NCBI GenBank assembly: GCA_041661765.1
Contig: JBAZTV010000002.1
Location: forward strand, 8,083 to 72,082
Length of the DNA stretch: 64,000 bases
Reading direction: 5' to 3'
Origin: Candidatus Shapirobacteria bacterium
GTDB lineage: Bacteria; Patescibacteriota; Microgenomatia; UBA12405
Shown here: piece by piece, positions 55,262 through 64,000 of the stretch
How positions within the stretch are numbered: the first letter of the stretch is position 1
Layout: every line of letters starts with the position of its first letter
The notes under the pieces: generated by a model
What the model was told of the DNA's origin: nothing
What the model saw: only the letters and a program-made list of their open reading frames with translations
The model's database searches: none
Position numbers and translations under genes: made by a program

Positions 55262-56293
55262 ATGAAATTATTCAAAATAATCACCAAAATTATTTTCAGC
55301 ATTGTTTTTTTAATTATTTTTTCAGTTACCATCATCTCTAGTATAATTTCCCGATCTATCGGCAAATCTCCAAATTATTTAATCGAAACAATTTATACTT
55401 CAGTCAAATCTAATCCTTATCAATCTAAAGATAAAATTAATTTTTTAATTCTAGGTCTTGATGAACGTAATGATGCTCTTGAAAAAACTACCACCACTGA
55501 TACTATAATTTTCGCTTCACTAAATTTAAAAACTTTCAAATTAAATTTAATTTCCACTCCCAGAGATCTTTGGTTTTATGAAAAAGAAGTAAAAATAAAC
55601 AATCTCTATCCGTTAAGTTTAGAATCTGGCCAAGATAAATTCGATTTCTTAAAATCAAATTTTAAAATTATATACGGACAACCTATCGATCATATAGTCG
55701 TTCTCACTACCAACAATTTAATCAATTTTGTCAATATTATCGGGGGCGTCGATTTATATTTAGAAAAAGGTTTTATTGATGATCAGTATCCAAATCAAGA
55801 ATATATTAAAAATCCATCACCTTCAATTCCAATCTATAAAACCATCGAATTTCCTTCCGGTTGGATTCATTTAGATTCTAGTAATATCACCGAATTTGTT
55901 CGTTCTCGAAAAAGCGCTGAAACTGCCGCTCAAGGTGGCACTGATATTGGTCGCATTCAACGCCAACAACTTTTAATTGACGCCATTTTAAATAAAATTA
56001 AATCAGGAACTTTTGTTAACACCACAGATCAATTAAAAAATCTTTATTTCTTTTGGCAAAATGACATTTCAAAAACTCTTTCCGACACCGATGCTTTACA
56101 AATTGGTCTAATTTTAAATAAAAATTTAAAAAATATTTCTCTAAATAAAATTGAAATACCAATTGGAACTAATAATAGTAATGGAGTAATTTATCACCCA
56201 GAAAAAACCAATTTTACTAAACAATGGATATTCACCACCAACGACGATAAATACCAAGGTTTTCATCAATTTATCTCTGAAAAAATTAAATAA
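55262..56293 (+). CDS. LytR-CpsA-Psr (LCP) family cell-envelope phosphotransferase
   Basis: N-terminal TM. NFLILGLDERND....DTIIFAS....ISTPRDLW LCP core. Confidence 0.75.
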   Translation: MKLFKIITKIIFSIVFLIIFSVTIISSIISRSIGKSPNYLIETIYTSVKSNPYQSKDKINFLILGLDERNDALEKTTTTDTIIFASLNLKTFKLNLISTPRDLWFYEKEVKINNLYPLSLESGQDKFDFLKSNFKIIYGQPIDHIVVLTTNNLINFVNIIGGVDLYLEKGFIDDQYPNQEYIKNPSPSIPIYKTIEFPSGWIHLDSSNITEFVRSRKSAETAAQGGTDIGRIQRQQLLIDAILNKIKSGTFVNTTDQLKNLYFFWQNDISKTLSDTDALQIGLILNKNLKNISLNKIEIPIGTNNSNGVIYHPEKTNFTKQWIFTTNDDKYQGFHQFISEKIK

Positions 56294-56336
56294 GCCTCCT
56301 TGTCAAGGGAGGCCTCTCTGACGAGGGTGGGTTTTT
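56294..56336 (+). repeat. GC-rich double-hairpin element, family copy d
   Basis: gCCTCCttgtcaaGGGAGGc, then ctctctgacgagg, then GTGGGTTTTTac. Confidence 0.6.
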
Positions 56337-56391
56337 ACTTAAGAAAAGTTTATTTTTTTGTTATACTGAATTATTAGATTTTAAAATTAAA

Positions 56392-56886
56392 ATGGACATC
56401 CCAAATTTATCTCAAAATACCCAAACCTCATACTTTACTTCAAACACTTCTTCAAAAAATAAAAACTCAAAATTTCCCTTCATTATAATCTTAGTTTTGT
56501 CTATTGGCATTGGTTTCGGTCTTTCTCGCCTTTGGCCCCTCAGCAGTCCCAATGACAGTCTTATTAGTTCCATCACCCAAGGAAATGTTGCTTCAGTGGA
56601 TGATATTAAAAGTGCAGAAGACTTAATTGTCGGGCAATCTTACGGTGATACCGGAAAAACATTTACCGACACCGCTACTGGTACCCTTGTTAAAGGCGGT
56701 ATTAATGGTGAAGGTACTCACACCTTGCAGAGAGAAGGTGGTAAGACTCAATATGCTGCTCTAACTTCGTCAACAGCCGATCTTGATCTTTTTGTCGGTA
56801 AAAAAGTTGAAATTAAAGGAGAAACTAATGCTTCCACAAAAGCTGGATGGTTTCTTGATGTCGGTATTATCAAAATTTTAGAATAA
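56392..56886 (+). CDS. Hypothetical membrane-anchored protein
   Basis: ORF only. Confidence 0.35.
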   Translation: MDIPNLSQNTQTSYFTSNTSSKNKNSKFPFIIILVLSIGIGFGLSRLWPLSSPNDSLISSITQGNVASVDDIKSAEDLIVGQSYGDTGKTFTDTATGTLVKGGINGEGTHTLQREGGKTQYAALTSSTADLDLFVGKKVEIKGETNASTKAGWFLDVGIIKILE

Positions 56887-56894
56887 AATAAATT

Positions 56895-57575
56895 ATGAAA
56901 ATTGTCTTTGATCAAGTCGATAAAAAATTTGGCATCGTATATGCCCTAAAAGACATTAGCTTTGAAATTGATCAAGGAGAATTTGTATTTCTTATCGGTA
57001 ATTCTGGAGCCGGTAAATCAACTCTTTTAAAACTTATTTTAAATCAACTCAAGCCTACTTCTGGAAAAATTTTATTAGGTAATATTGATCTTTCAAATGG
57101 CAATAAAGACGATGTTAACAACACCCGCAGAAGAATCGGTGTCGTTTTCCAAGATTATCAGCTCATTTCCGACAAAACCATTGAAGAAAATATTGCCTTA
57201 ATATTGGATATTGTTAATTATCCAAAAGAAAAAATTCAATCACGCATCGACAAAGTAATTAAAGAAGTTAATCTTGGCACTCGTCGGTTTTTATTTCCTT
57301 CCCAACTCGCTGGTGGTGAGCTTCAGCGCGCTTCTCTCGCTCGAGCCTTAGCCATCGAGCCGGAAGTTATTTTGGCTGATGAACCAACCGGTAATTTAGA
57401 CCCAGAAAATTCCTGGAATTTAGTCAAATTATTAAAAGATATAAATAAAGAAAACAACACCACTATTATCATGACCACTCACAACAATGAAATTGTCGAA
57501 TCAATGGGTAAAAGAGTCATTAAAATTAATGATGGTGAAATTGTTAAAGATTATAATATTTCTAAAAAATCATGA
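56895..57575 (+). CDS. ftsE: Cell-division ABC ATPase FtsE
   Basis: Walker A GNSGAGKST, ABC signature LAGGELQR, Walker B ILADEPTGNLD. Confidence 0.85.
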   Translation: MKIVFDQVDKKFGIVYALKDISFEIDQGEFVFLIGNSGAGKSTLLKLILNQLKPTSGKILLGNIDLSNGNKDDVNNTRRRIGVVFQDYQLISDKTIEENIALILDIVNYPKEKIQSRIDKVIKEVNLGTRRFLFPSQLAGGELQRASLARALAIEPEVILADEPTGNLDPENSWNLVKLLKDINKENNTTIIMTTHNNEIVESMGKRVIKINDGEIVKDYNISKKS

Positions 57576-58444
57576 GTCCACTAAAAACTACTTGGCACCA
57601 CATTAGACGTTCCCCATTTCAAAGTCTAATTGCCACAATTGCAATGTTCTTAAGTTTCTTTTTTATTTCCACATTTATCATAATTAATTCTGGTCTTTCC
57701 ATGGTGTTAAAATATTTTGAAACCAAACCAGAAATCACTTTGTTTTTAAAAGATGGTCTTAACACAGCCACTGTCGAAAATTTACAAAAAGATTTATCGA
57801 GTTATCAGGGGGTTAAAGAAATTACTTTTATTTCTAAAGAAAAAGCTCTAACTATCTACAAAGAACAAAACAAAGACAATCCTCTTTTAACTGAAATGGT
57901 TACCGCCAGTATTCTACCAGCGTCCTTTGAAATTACAGTTTCAGAGCCAGGGGTATTGGAAAAGATTTATCAAAATTATTCAACTAAAACTGATGTCATT
58001 GATGAAATTATTTATCAAAAAGATATTATTGCTTCTTTATTGAATTGGACCAACGCCACCAGAAAAATTGGTCTTGCTATTATTTTAATAATTGCCTCTA
58101 CCTCTTTCTTAACCATGATCACAATTATTGGCATGAAAATCACCAACCGAAAAGATGAAATCAAAATTAGCCGACTTTTAGGCGCCTCCAGTTTCTATGT
58201 CAAAAAACCTTTCCTTTTAGAAGGAGTAATTTATGGTCTTTTGGGTAGTATATTTGGTTTTCTTTTTAGTTTTTTACTCGCTCTAATTTTTCAAAAGTCA
58301 ATTAATTCTTTTTTTCAGCCGATAACCTTCATAGATTTAAATATCAATTTCTATTTAATGCTTTTGTTTACTGAAATCACAATTGGAACTCTTTTAGGGT
58401 TCTTTGCCAGTTGGATCGGAGCCAAAAGATATATTAAATTTTAA
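57572..58444 (+). CDS. ftsX: Cell-division permease FtsX
   Basis: Four TM helices with a large first periplasmic loop, directly downstream of and overlapping ftsE. Confidence 0.7.
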   Translation: MSPLKTTWHHIRRSPFQSLIATIAMFLSFFFISTFIIINSGLSMVLKYFETKPEITLFLKDGLNTATVENLQKDLSSYQGVKEITFISKEKALTIYKEQNKDNPLLTEMVTASILPASFEITVSEPGVLEKIYQNYSTKTDVIDEIIYQKDIIASLLNWTNATRKIGLAIILIIASTSFLTMITIIGMKITNRKDEIKISRLLGASSFYVKKPFLLEGVIYGLLGSIFGFLFSFLLALIFQKSINSFFQPITFIDLNINFYLMLLFTEITIGTLLGFFASWIGAKRYIKF

Positions 58445-58450
58445 GGTTTA

Positions 58451-59638
58451 ATGTTTAAAAAAACTTTTTTTTTATTTTTAGCACTATCTTTTTTTTTGTT
58501 CATCCCAATTACTTCATACGCCGATGATAGAGAAGATTTAGAAAATAAAATCACAGAATACACTCAAAAACTTTCCGAATTAGGCACTGCCAAAAATACC
58601 TTAGCCAATCAAATAAAAATTTTAAGCTCACAATATGAATTAACCCTTTTAAGAATTACTCAAACTGAAAATTCAATCAAAAATCTTGAAAAAGAAATAA
58701 ACGGTCTTACTGTTGAAATTGACGGCCTAAACACTAAGCTAAACAAACTTTCCTCACTTTATGTTCTCCAGATAATTGAAAATTATAAACTTCAAAAAAA
58801 AGTTCCTCCGTTTGCTTTTTTGTTTTCATCTGACCTAAATAATTTTTTAGAACAATACAAATATGTTGCCAATGTTCAAAAGGCTAGTCAAACCAGTTTA
58901 ATTAATATGGAAACAGTCAGGTCTAATTATGATGCCCAAAAAACGGCCAAAACTCAAAAACAACAAGAAATGGAAACTCTTCAAAAAACATTAGCCACTC
59001 AAAAAACCACTCTTGATAATCAAAAAGCCGCCAAAGATAAACTTTTAGAAAGTACAAAAAATGACGAGAAAAAATACCAATCACTTCTTGCCGCAGCTCA
59101 ATCACAATTAGCCGCACTCAGAAGCTTCTCTAGTTCAGCTGGTGGAAGTAGTTGTTTGTCAGCATCTCCAGGTGATGGCAATGATCATAATTTTTATTCT
59201 CAAAGAGATCCTCGTTGGTGTAAACAATTCATTGGTAACTCTAGTGATACTATTGGCTCAGTCGGTTGTTATATTAATAGTATTGCTATGACTTATAAAA
59301 AACTAGGCTTTGACATTTCTCCATCAGCTTACGCCGCCAATTCTAGTAATTTTTGGAGCAATACCGCCTATATGCTCACTCCGTCTCCTCCGTTAGGCTA
59401 TACTTTTAAACAAGTTTCCTATAACGCTTCAACTGTCGACAATGAATTAAAAGCTGGCCGTTATGTCATTGCCCAAATGAGAATGAACACCATCGTCGGA
59501 ATGCATTTTATTGTGATTATTAGTGGAAGTAATGGCAATTACAAAATTCACGACCCTTGGTTTGGAGCAGACCAAAATCTTCCTTCTAACCTTTATTCTC
59601 TTAGTTCTATTATTAGCCTTCGTTTAATCACCAAATAA
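58451..59638 (+). CDS. FtsEX-associated coiled-coil protein with C-terminal papain-like (C39/CHAP/NlpC-like) cysteine peptidase domain (PcsB/EnvC analogue)
   Basis: Signal/TM, about 200 aa of coiled coil, then Cys (GSVGCYINSIA) and His (GMHFIVII). Position immediately after ftsEX. Confidence 0.5.
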   Translation: MFKKTFFLFLALSFFLFIPITSYADDREDLENKITEYTQKLSELGTAKNTLANQIKILSSQYELTLLRITQTENSIKNLEKEINGLTVEIDGLNTKLNKLSSLYVLQIIENYKLQKKVPPFAFLFSSDLNNFLEQYKYVANVQKASQTSLINMETVRSNYDAQKTAKTQKQQEMETLQKTLATQKTTLDNQKAAKDKLLESTKNDEKKYQSLLAAAQSQLAALRSFSSSAGGSSCLSASPGDGNDHNFYSQRDPRWCKQFIGNSSDTIGSVGCYINSIAMTYKKLGFDISPSAYAANSSNFWSNTAYMLTPSPPLGYTFKQVSYNASTVDNELKAGRYVIAQMRMNTIVGMHFIVIISGSNGNYKIHDPWFGADQNLPSNLYSLSSIISLRLITK

Positions 59639-59640
59639 AA

Positions 59641-59682
59641 AGCCTCCCTGTCAAGGGAGGTGCCCGAAGGGCGGAGGGTTTT
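59641..59682 (+). repeat. GC-rich double-hairpin element, family copy e1
   Basis: aGCCTCCCtgtcaaGGGAGGt, then gcccgaagggc, then gGAGGGTTTTaaa. Confidence 0.6.
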
Positions 59683-59689
59683 AAACACC

Positions 59690-59731
59690 AAAAACCCCTC
59701 CTTTTTTAAGGGAGGGGGAGGGGTAGGTTTT
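59690..59731. terminator. Bidirectional terminator / family copy e2
   Basis: aaaaaCCCCTCCttttttaaGGGAGGGGgaggggtaggtttt. On the minus strand it reads as a hairpin followed by a T-run for convergent gene 59740-60357. Confidence 0.55.
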
Positions 59732-59739
59732 AATCTAGT

Positions 59740-60357
59740 TTAATATCCTCTAACAAATTTTCTTAAAGAAAATCCACCAACAGCTAATAAAGTAACTAAA
59801 ATTGTTTTAACAGCAATATCTGAAGCACCAGTAGCTGGTACAGTAGCTTTACCAATAAAATAACTGGCAGTATCAACATCACATTGACCAGCACCGCAAG
59901 CCTCAGCTTTATTGGTTTGCTTAGTAGAAACATTTAATTTAGTGCTGTCATTAATTTTAGCTCTAATTAAATAAGTTTTACTTTCATTAGCCTCCAATTT
60001 ATCAATATTCCATTCAACGATATACTGATCATTATCAAATTTACCAGGATAAAAAATTAAAGATAAGTATTTTGGCAACATATCTTTAACATTAATATTA
60101 TATATAACTCCAGTTCCAATATTTTTAACTTCAACTTGAAACTCAACTACATCTTTTTCATAAAAAGTCTTTTTTGAAGATTCAATATTGTCGTAATATT
60201 GAGAATCATCAACAGATCGGACTTTTTTATCAATCGAAATATTTTTTGTACTATTACTATCATCATAACCAAAAGCTTTAGTAGGACTAAAGAGCGATAA
60301 GAATAATACCGCCATCGCGCCTAAAGCAAGACTAATATTTATTATTTTATGTTTCAT
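59740..60357 (-). CDS. Surface protein with C-terminal sortase sorting signal (VPATG + TM + RKFVRGY) and DUF11-like beta domain
   Basis: N-terminal signal peptide. C-terminal ...ATVPATGASDIAVKTILVTLLAVGGFSLRKFVRGY. Confidence 0.5.
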   Translation of the reverse strand: MKHKIINISLALGAMAVLFLSLFSPTKAFGYDDSNSTKNISIDKKVRSVDDSQYYDNIESSKKTFYEKDVVEFQVEVKNIGTGVIYNINVKDMLPKYLSLIFYPGKFDNDQYIVEWNIDKLEANESKTYLIRAKINDSTKLNVSTKQTNKAEACGAGQCDVDTASYFIGKATVPATGASDIAVKTILVTLLAVGGFSLRKFVRGY

Positions 60358-60467
60358 ATTGAGTTATTAATATTTAATTATAGGATATTATATTGTTATA
60401 TGGTCTATTTGTCAAGCAAAAAGCGATGTACTTGTTTTTTAGGCCTTTTTTGCCTTATACTCTACTT

Positions 60468-61196
60468 ATGACTAAATTTTTAATCAATGAGCTTTCAGTC
60501 TTTTTTCCTTGCTATAACGAAGAAAAAAATATTAAGAATACAATTGATAAAACAATTCCCATGCTTAAAAAAATTGCCGAAAATTGGGAAATAATTTTAG
60601 TAAATGATGGTTCAAAAGATAACACCGCTAAAATTCTAGAAGAAATTAAAAAAGAATATCCAAAGCAAATAAAAATAATCACCCACAATCCCAATCGTGG
60701 TTATGGCGCTGCCCTTAAAAGTGGTCTTTACAATTCTCAATATCAATGGATTGCTTTTACTGATGCCGATGGTCAATTCGATTTTACAGAGGTCACTAAA
60801 CTTATTAAAAAGCAACAAAAAACTAAAGCAGATGTTGTGATTGGTTATTACCTAGCTCGTCAGGTTTCTAAGTTTGCCATTATTACCTCAAAAATGTGGG
60901 AATTAGTCGTTTTTATTCTTTTCGGTCTCCATGTCACCGACATTGATTGTGGTTTTAAGTTGATTAATAAAAAAGTGGTCGATATTATTCCCAAATTAGA
61001 AGCTGAAAGGGGAGCTTTTATAAGTAGTGAATTTCTAATTAAATCAAAAAAAGCCGGATTTAAGATTGTTGAGGTTGGTGTTCATCACTATCCTCGACTC
61101 GAAGGTCAAGCCACTGGTCGAAATATAAAAGTTATCATCAAGAGTTTTTCCGATCTTGTTAGACTCTGGTTTAAAATTAATTTTCATCGTGATTAA
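60468..61196 (+). CDS. GT2 polyprenol-phosphate glycosyltransferase (Dpm1/ArnC-like)
   Basis: SVFFPCYNEEKNI...ILVNDGSKDNT...TDADGQ. Track ORF starts at TTG 60393. ATG 60468 (MTKFLINELSVFFP) fits the family N-terminus. Confidence 0.75.
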   Translation: MTKFLINELSVFFPCYNEEKNIKNTIDKTIPMLKKIAENWEIILVNDGSKDNTAKILEEIKKEYPKQIKIITHNPNRGYGAALKSGLYNSQYQWIAFTDADGQFDFTEVTKLIKKQQKTKADVVIGYYLARQVSKFAIITSKMWELVVFILFGLHVTDIDCGFKLINKKVVDIIPKLEAERGAFISSEFLIKSKKAGFKIVEVGVHHYPRLEGQATGRNIKVIIKSFSDLVRLWFKINFHRD

Positions 61197-62667
61197 ACAA
61201 TTTTTTAAAAAACATTGGCTTTTAGTGGCCATTTTAATTCTAGCTTCATTTCTTCGTCTCTATCAAATATCCAGTTATATGGAATTCTTAGGTGATCAAG
61301 GTCGAGATGTTACCATCATTAAAGATTTTCTCCAAAACGGCAATTTATTTTTCATTGGCCCTCAAACTAGTATTGGTAATATGTATCTTGGTCCTTATTT
61401 TTATTATTTAATCGCACCATCTTTATTTTTATCCAACTATAATCCTGTTGGCCCGGCAATTTTCATCGCTCTTCTCAATATTGCCACCGTTTTTCTAATT
61501 TATTTTGTCGGCAAGCGTTGGTTTAGTCGTCCGGTTGGTTTAATTTCTGCCTTTCTTTTCGCCATTTCTCCAGTAGTTATTAAGTATTCCAATTTTATTT
61601 GGAATCCCAACATTATGCCCTTTTTCAGTTTGCTTTTTATTTATTTCTTTTTTGAAAGTTTCCGATCTAAAAAATACCACTATTTTTTATACGCATCAAT
61701 GGCTTTTATCATGGTTATTAACAGTCATTATCTTGGCTTGGCCCTTTTACCATTCATTGGTCTTTTTTGGCTTTACAATTTAATTAAATTTATCCAAACA
61801 AAATCAAAACGATTAAAACCATTTTTAAAATACACTTTTTTAGCCATTTTTATTTTTATTTTATCCCTAACTCCTCAAATTCTTTTTGATATTAAACATG
61901 ACGGTCAAAACTTCAAGGCTCTTTTGAATTTTTTTACCTATCGAGAAACTACCGTTAATATTAAGGCTTATAAAGCTATTCCTGAATTGCCAGCCTTATT
62001 CAATCAGGTCAACACTCGACTTTTAACTGGTAAAAACGAAACAGTTGGTTTAATCGTCAGTATTGTTTTCTTTATTAGTCTTGTGCCACTTGTTTTAAAA
62101 TTCAAAAAACAAAAACCCGCCTTTTGGATTATTTTTTTCTGGTATTTATCTGGTTTAATTGCTTTAGCTCTCTATAAACAACACATCTATGATCATTATT
62201 TTGCCTTTCTTTTTCCCGTTGTTTTTATTCTCGCCGGTTTTTTAATTAATAAATTTAAATTTATAGGCATTCCTTTTTTAATTCTAATAACTATTGTTTC
62301 CTTTTTAGAAAATCCTTTCCGTTATCAACCCAACAGCCAATTAAAAACCGTCACTCAAATTGCCGATTTAATTATTACCAACTCCAATAATCAAGATTTT
62401 AACTTTGCTCTGCTTGCAAAACAAAATTACGATCCTCCATATCGTTATATTTTAGGTAATAAACAAGCAAAAATAGTCAATCTTCCCGATAAAATGGCCG
62501 AACAATTATTTATTGTTTGTGAACCCTTCCAAATTGAATGTAACCCTATTAATAATCCAGAATGGTCTGTTGCCGCCTTTGGTTGGGCAAAAATCGATAA
62601 CCAATGGGAAGTAAATGGTATAAAAGTTTTTAAACTTATACATAACTCAGACGGTAAAAAAGAATAA
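61156..62667 (+). CDS. ArnT/PMT-like GT-C membrane glycosyltransferase
   Basis: ...RLYQISSYMEFLGDQGRD... and ...GPYFYY... motifs. Multi-TM. Overlaps the GT2 gene, so the true start may be GTG 61189. Confidence 0.7.
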   Translation: MLDSGLKLIFIVIKQFFKKHWLLVAILILASFLRLYQISSYMEFLGDQGRDVTIIKDFLQNGNLFFIGPQTSIGNMYLGPYFYYLIAPSLFLSNYNPVGPAIFIALLNIATVFLIYFVGKRWFSRPVGLISAFLFAISPVVIKYSNFIWNPNIMPFFSLLFIYFFFESFRSKKYHYFLYASMAFIMVINSHYLGLALLPFIGLFWLYNLIKFIQTKSKRLKPFLKYTFLAIFIFILSLTPQILFDIKHDGQNFKALLNFFTYRETTVNIKAYKAIPELPALFNQVNTRLLTGKNETVGLIVSIVFFISLVPLVLKFKKQKPAFWIIFFWYLSGLIALALYKQHIYDHYFAFLFPVVFILAGFLINKFKFIGIPFLILITIVSFLENPFRYQPNSQLKTVTQIADLIITNSNNQDFNFALLAKQNYDPPYRYILGNKQAKIVNLPDKMAEQLFIVCEPFQIECNPINNPEWSVAAFGWAKIDNQWEVNGIKVFKLIHNSDGKKE

Positions 62668-62668
62668 C

Positions 62669-64000
62669 CTATTCTGTATATCCTAATAACGGATCTAATT
62701 GATTTTCTTTCGCCTTACACCATTCACTACTGGAGGCTTCCTTTTGAACCGGTAAAACAACTCCAAATCTTCCAAATTTTTCACTAATCTCATTGGCACT
62801 TGTTTCCCAAGGAATTATCACATTATATGTCGGTACAGATCCGCTTGGTTTAATTATTTCAACTCCCTTATACCAAAATAGATATCTGAAACCCACTCCA
62901 TCTCCAAATTTAGCTACATAATTTATCCCAATACAAGGATAACCTTTTTTTAATTGATCAGCCCGGATATATTCAACTAATTGTCTTTTATACAAATAAG
63001 AATCGTTATTTTGATTAGTAATTTTTATCAACCAAACAAAATTAGCTATTAAATAAATTCCGCCAATTCCTAAAATAACTTTATCAAAATATTTTTTATC
63101 CCAAAATATATCAAAAAATAAAGAAACTATAACTACAAAAATGGCCAGATAATTTGTGAAATAATATTCACTTACTATTCTTTTCGAGGTATATTGAGCT
63201 AAACCAATTATAAAAAACCAAACAAAAAAGGCGATTAATTCTTTCCCTTTTATTTTCTTAAATTTATAAACAACATAAGTTATTAATAAAAAAATAGGCC
63301 AAACAATTTCCACAGGTTTAATTGGTAATCCAATCAATAATCTTTGTTGTATTTCAATAGCAGATGCATTAATCACCTTTTTAAATTTTACAAATCCTAC
63401 TGGTTGACCTAGATCCTTTTGGGAAGCAGTAATCACACTTCTAACCTGAGAAAAATTATGTTTCAATTCAAAAATCCAAAAAGGACTACTAATCAACATA
63501 AATAACAGTAAAGTTACTAAAACATTTTTAATTTTTATTTTCTTTAAATTTTCTTTAAATTTTCCACCAGACATAAAATAAGCCAAAATCGGAATTGGTA
63601 AAACAGGTATTAAGGCAATATGAATATGGTAGGTAAGTCCAGCTAAAACACCAAAAAGCGGCATTAATTTCAAATTTTTTCTAAACATTCCAAATATCAA
63701 ATACAAAAACCAAACCGTCCAAAGAATTGCCAGTTCAGTTGGACACGACCATTTATCATACAAGGCCGCTCCATAAGAAACGGCGTAAATAAAGGCCATT
63801 ACTATTCCAACTCTTTCAGAAAAATATTTTTTACCCAAAATAAAAAAACTCACTATTGTTAATAAGCCAATCGTGGTTAGCGGAACAATGGCACTAATTG
63901 GATTCATACCAAACAAAAAATATACAAAGGCCATCATATAATAGTATAGAGGCCCAATAAAAACACCATCAACGCTAGTTATTTGTCCAACAGTTCGTAT
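62669..64000 (-). CDS. ArnT/PMT-like GT-C membrane glycosyltransferase, 5' end beyond window
   Basis: The track ORF starts at 63937, but in-frame upstream translation has no stop and reads ...IGPLYYYMMAF, the GP(L/F)YYY family motif. The gene therefore continues past 64000. Confidence 0.65.
   Translation of the reverse strand: MRTVGQITSVDGVFIGPLYYYMMAFVYFLFGMNPISAIVPLTTIGLLTIVSFFILGKKYFSERVGIVMAFIYAVSYGAALYDKWSCPTELAILWTVWFLYLIFGMFRKNLKLMPLFGVLAGLTYHIHIALIPVLPIPILAYFMSGGKFKENLKKIKIKNVLVTLLLFMLISSPFWIFELKHNFSQVRSVITASQKDLGQPVGFVKFKKVINASAIEIQQRLLIGLPIKPVEIVWPIFLLITYVVYKFKKIKGKELIAFFVWFFIIGLAQYTSKRIVSEYYFTNYLAIFVVIVSLFFDIFWDKKYFDKVILGIGGIYLIANFVWLIKITNQNNDSYLYKRQLVEYIRADQLKKGYPCIGINYVAKFGDGVGFRYLFWYKGVEIIKPSGSVPTYNVIIPWETSANEISEKFGRFGVVLPVQKEASSSEWCKAKENQLDPLLGYTE

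Noticed and set aside
1-64000. CRISPR arrays, rRNA genes, transposases/integrases, restriction-modification or known defence-system genes
   Set aside because: No regularly spaced direct repeats, no rRNA-like conserved stretches, and no transposase, integrase, Cas or methyltransferase motifs found on either strand.

Overview
The window is low-GC (about one third G+C by eye), densely coding, and uses the standard genetic code: an RF2 gene (prfB) is present and ORFs close on TAA/TAG, so UGA is read as a stop. It looks like a streamlined genome, possibly a Patescibacteria/CPR-like lineage with a Gram-positive-type envelope, but that taxonomic call is inference only.

Annotated content:
- Housekeeping genes: dus, trxA, rlmN, obg, era, lon, argS, a phosphomannomutase/phosphoglucomutase, an M29 aminopeptidase, an FKBP-type PPIase, dprA-yraN-comM, tdk, uvrB-uvrA-(glycosyltransferase)-uvrC, relA/spoT, greA, lysS, peptidase E, serS, secA, nrnA, ppnP-like, a HIT protein, typA, cyclophilin, prfB.
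- Envelope genes: sortase plus a VPATG-type sorting-signal protein, an LCP protein, ftsEX followed by a coiled-coil/papain-like hydrolase, one GT2 and at least three ArnT-like GT-C glycosyltransferases.
- Two tRNAs, both on the minus strand: tRNA-Gln(CUG) and tRNA-Glu(CUC).

The strongest non-obvious signal is a pair of paralogous small proteins (CDS 497-784 on +, CDS 20637-21227 on -). Each is preceded by the same ~170-nt transcribed leader, which is more conserved at DNA level than the proteins, contains a 13-bp-stem hairpin supported by compensatory substitutions between the copies, and ends in minimal ATG-stop uORFs next to the RBS. I read this as a candidate undescribed cis-regulatory RNA/operator system controlling an uncharacterised protein family. 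The second copy sits in an accessory-looking locus next to tRNA-Glu, between duplicated bidirectional promoter modules.

Other signals:
- A family of GC-rich double-hairpin intergenic repeats ending in GAGGGTTTT, at least six copies.
- A perfect 30-bp palindrome inserted in frame inside dus, with a related copy between uvrB and uvrA.
- A degenerate tandem copy of the tRNA-Gln 5' segment next to a DinD-like gene.
- No CRISPR arrays, rRNA genes or transposases were seen.
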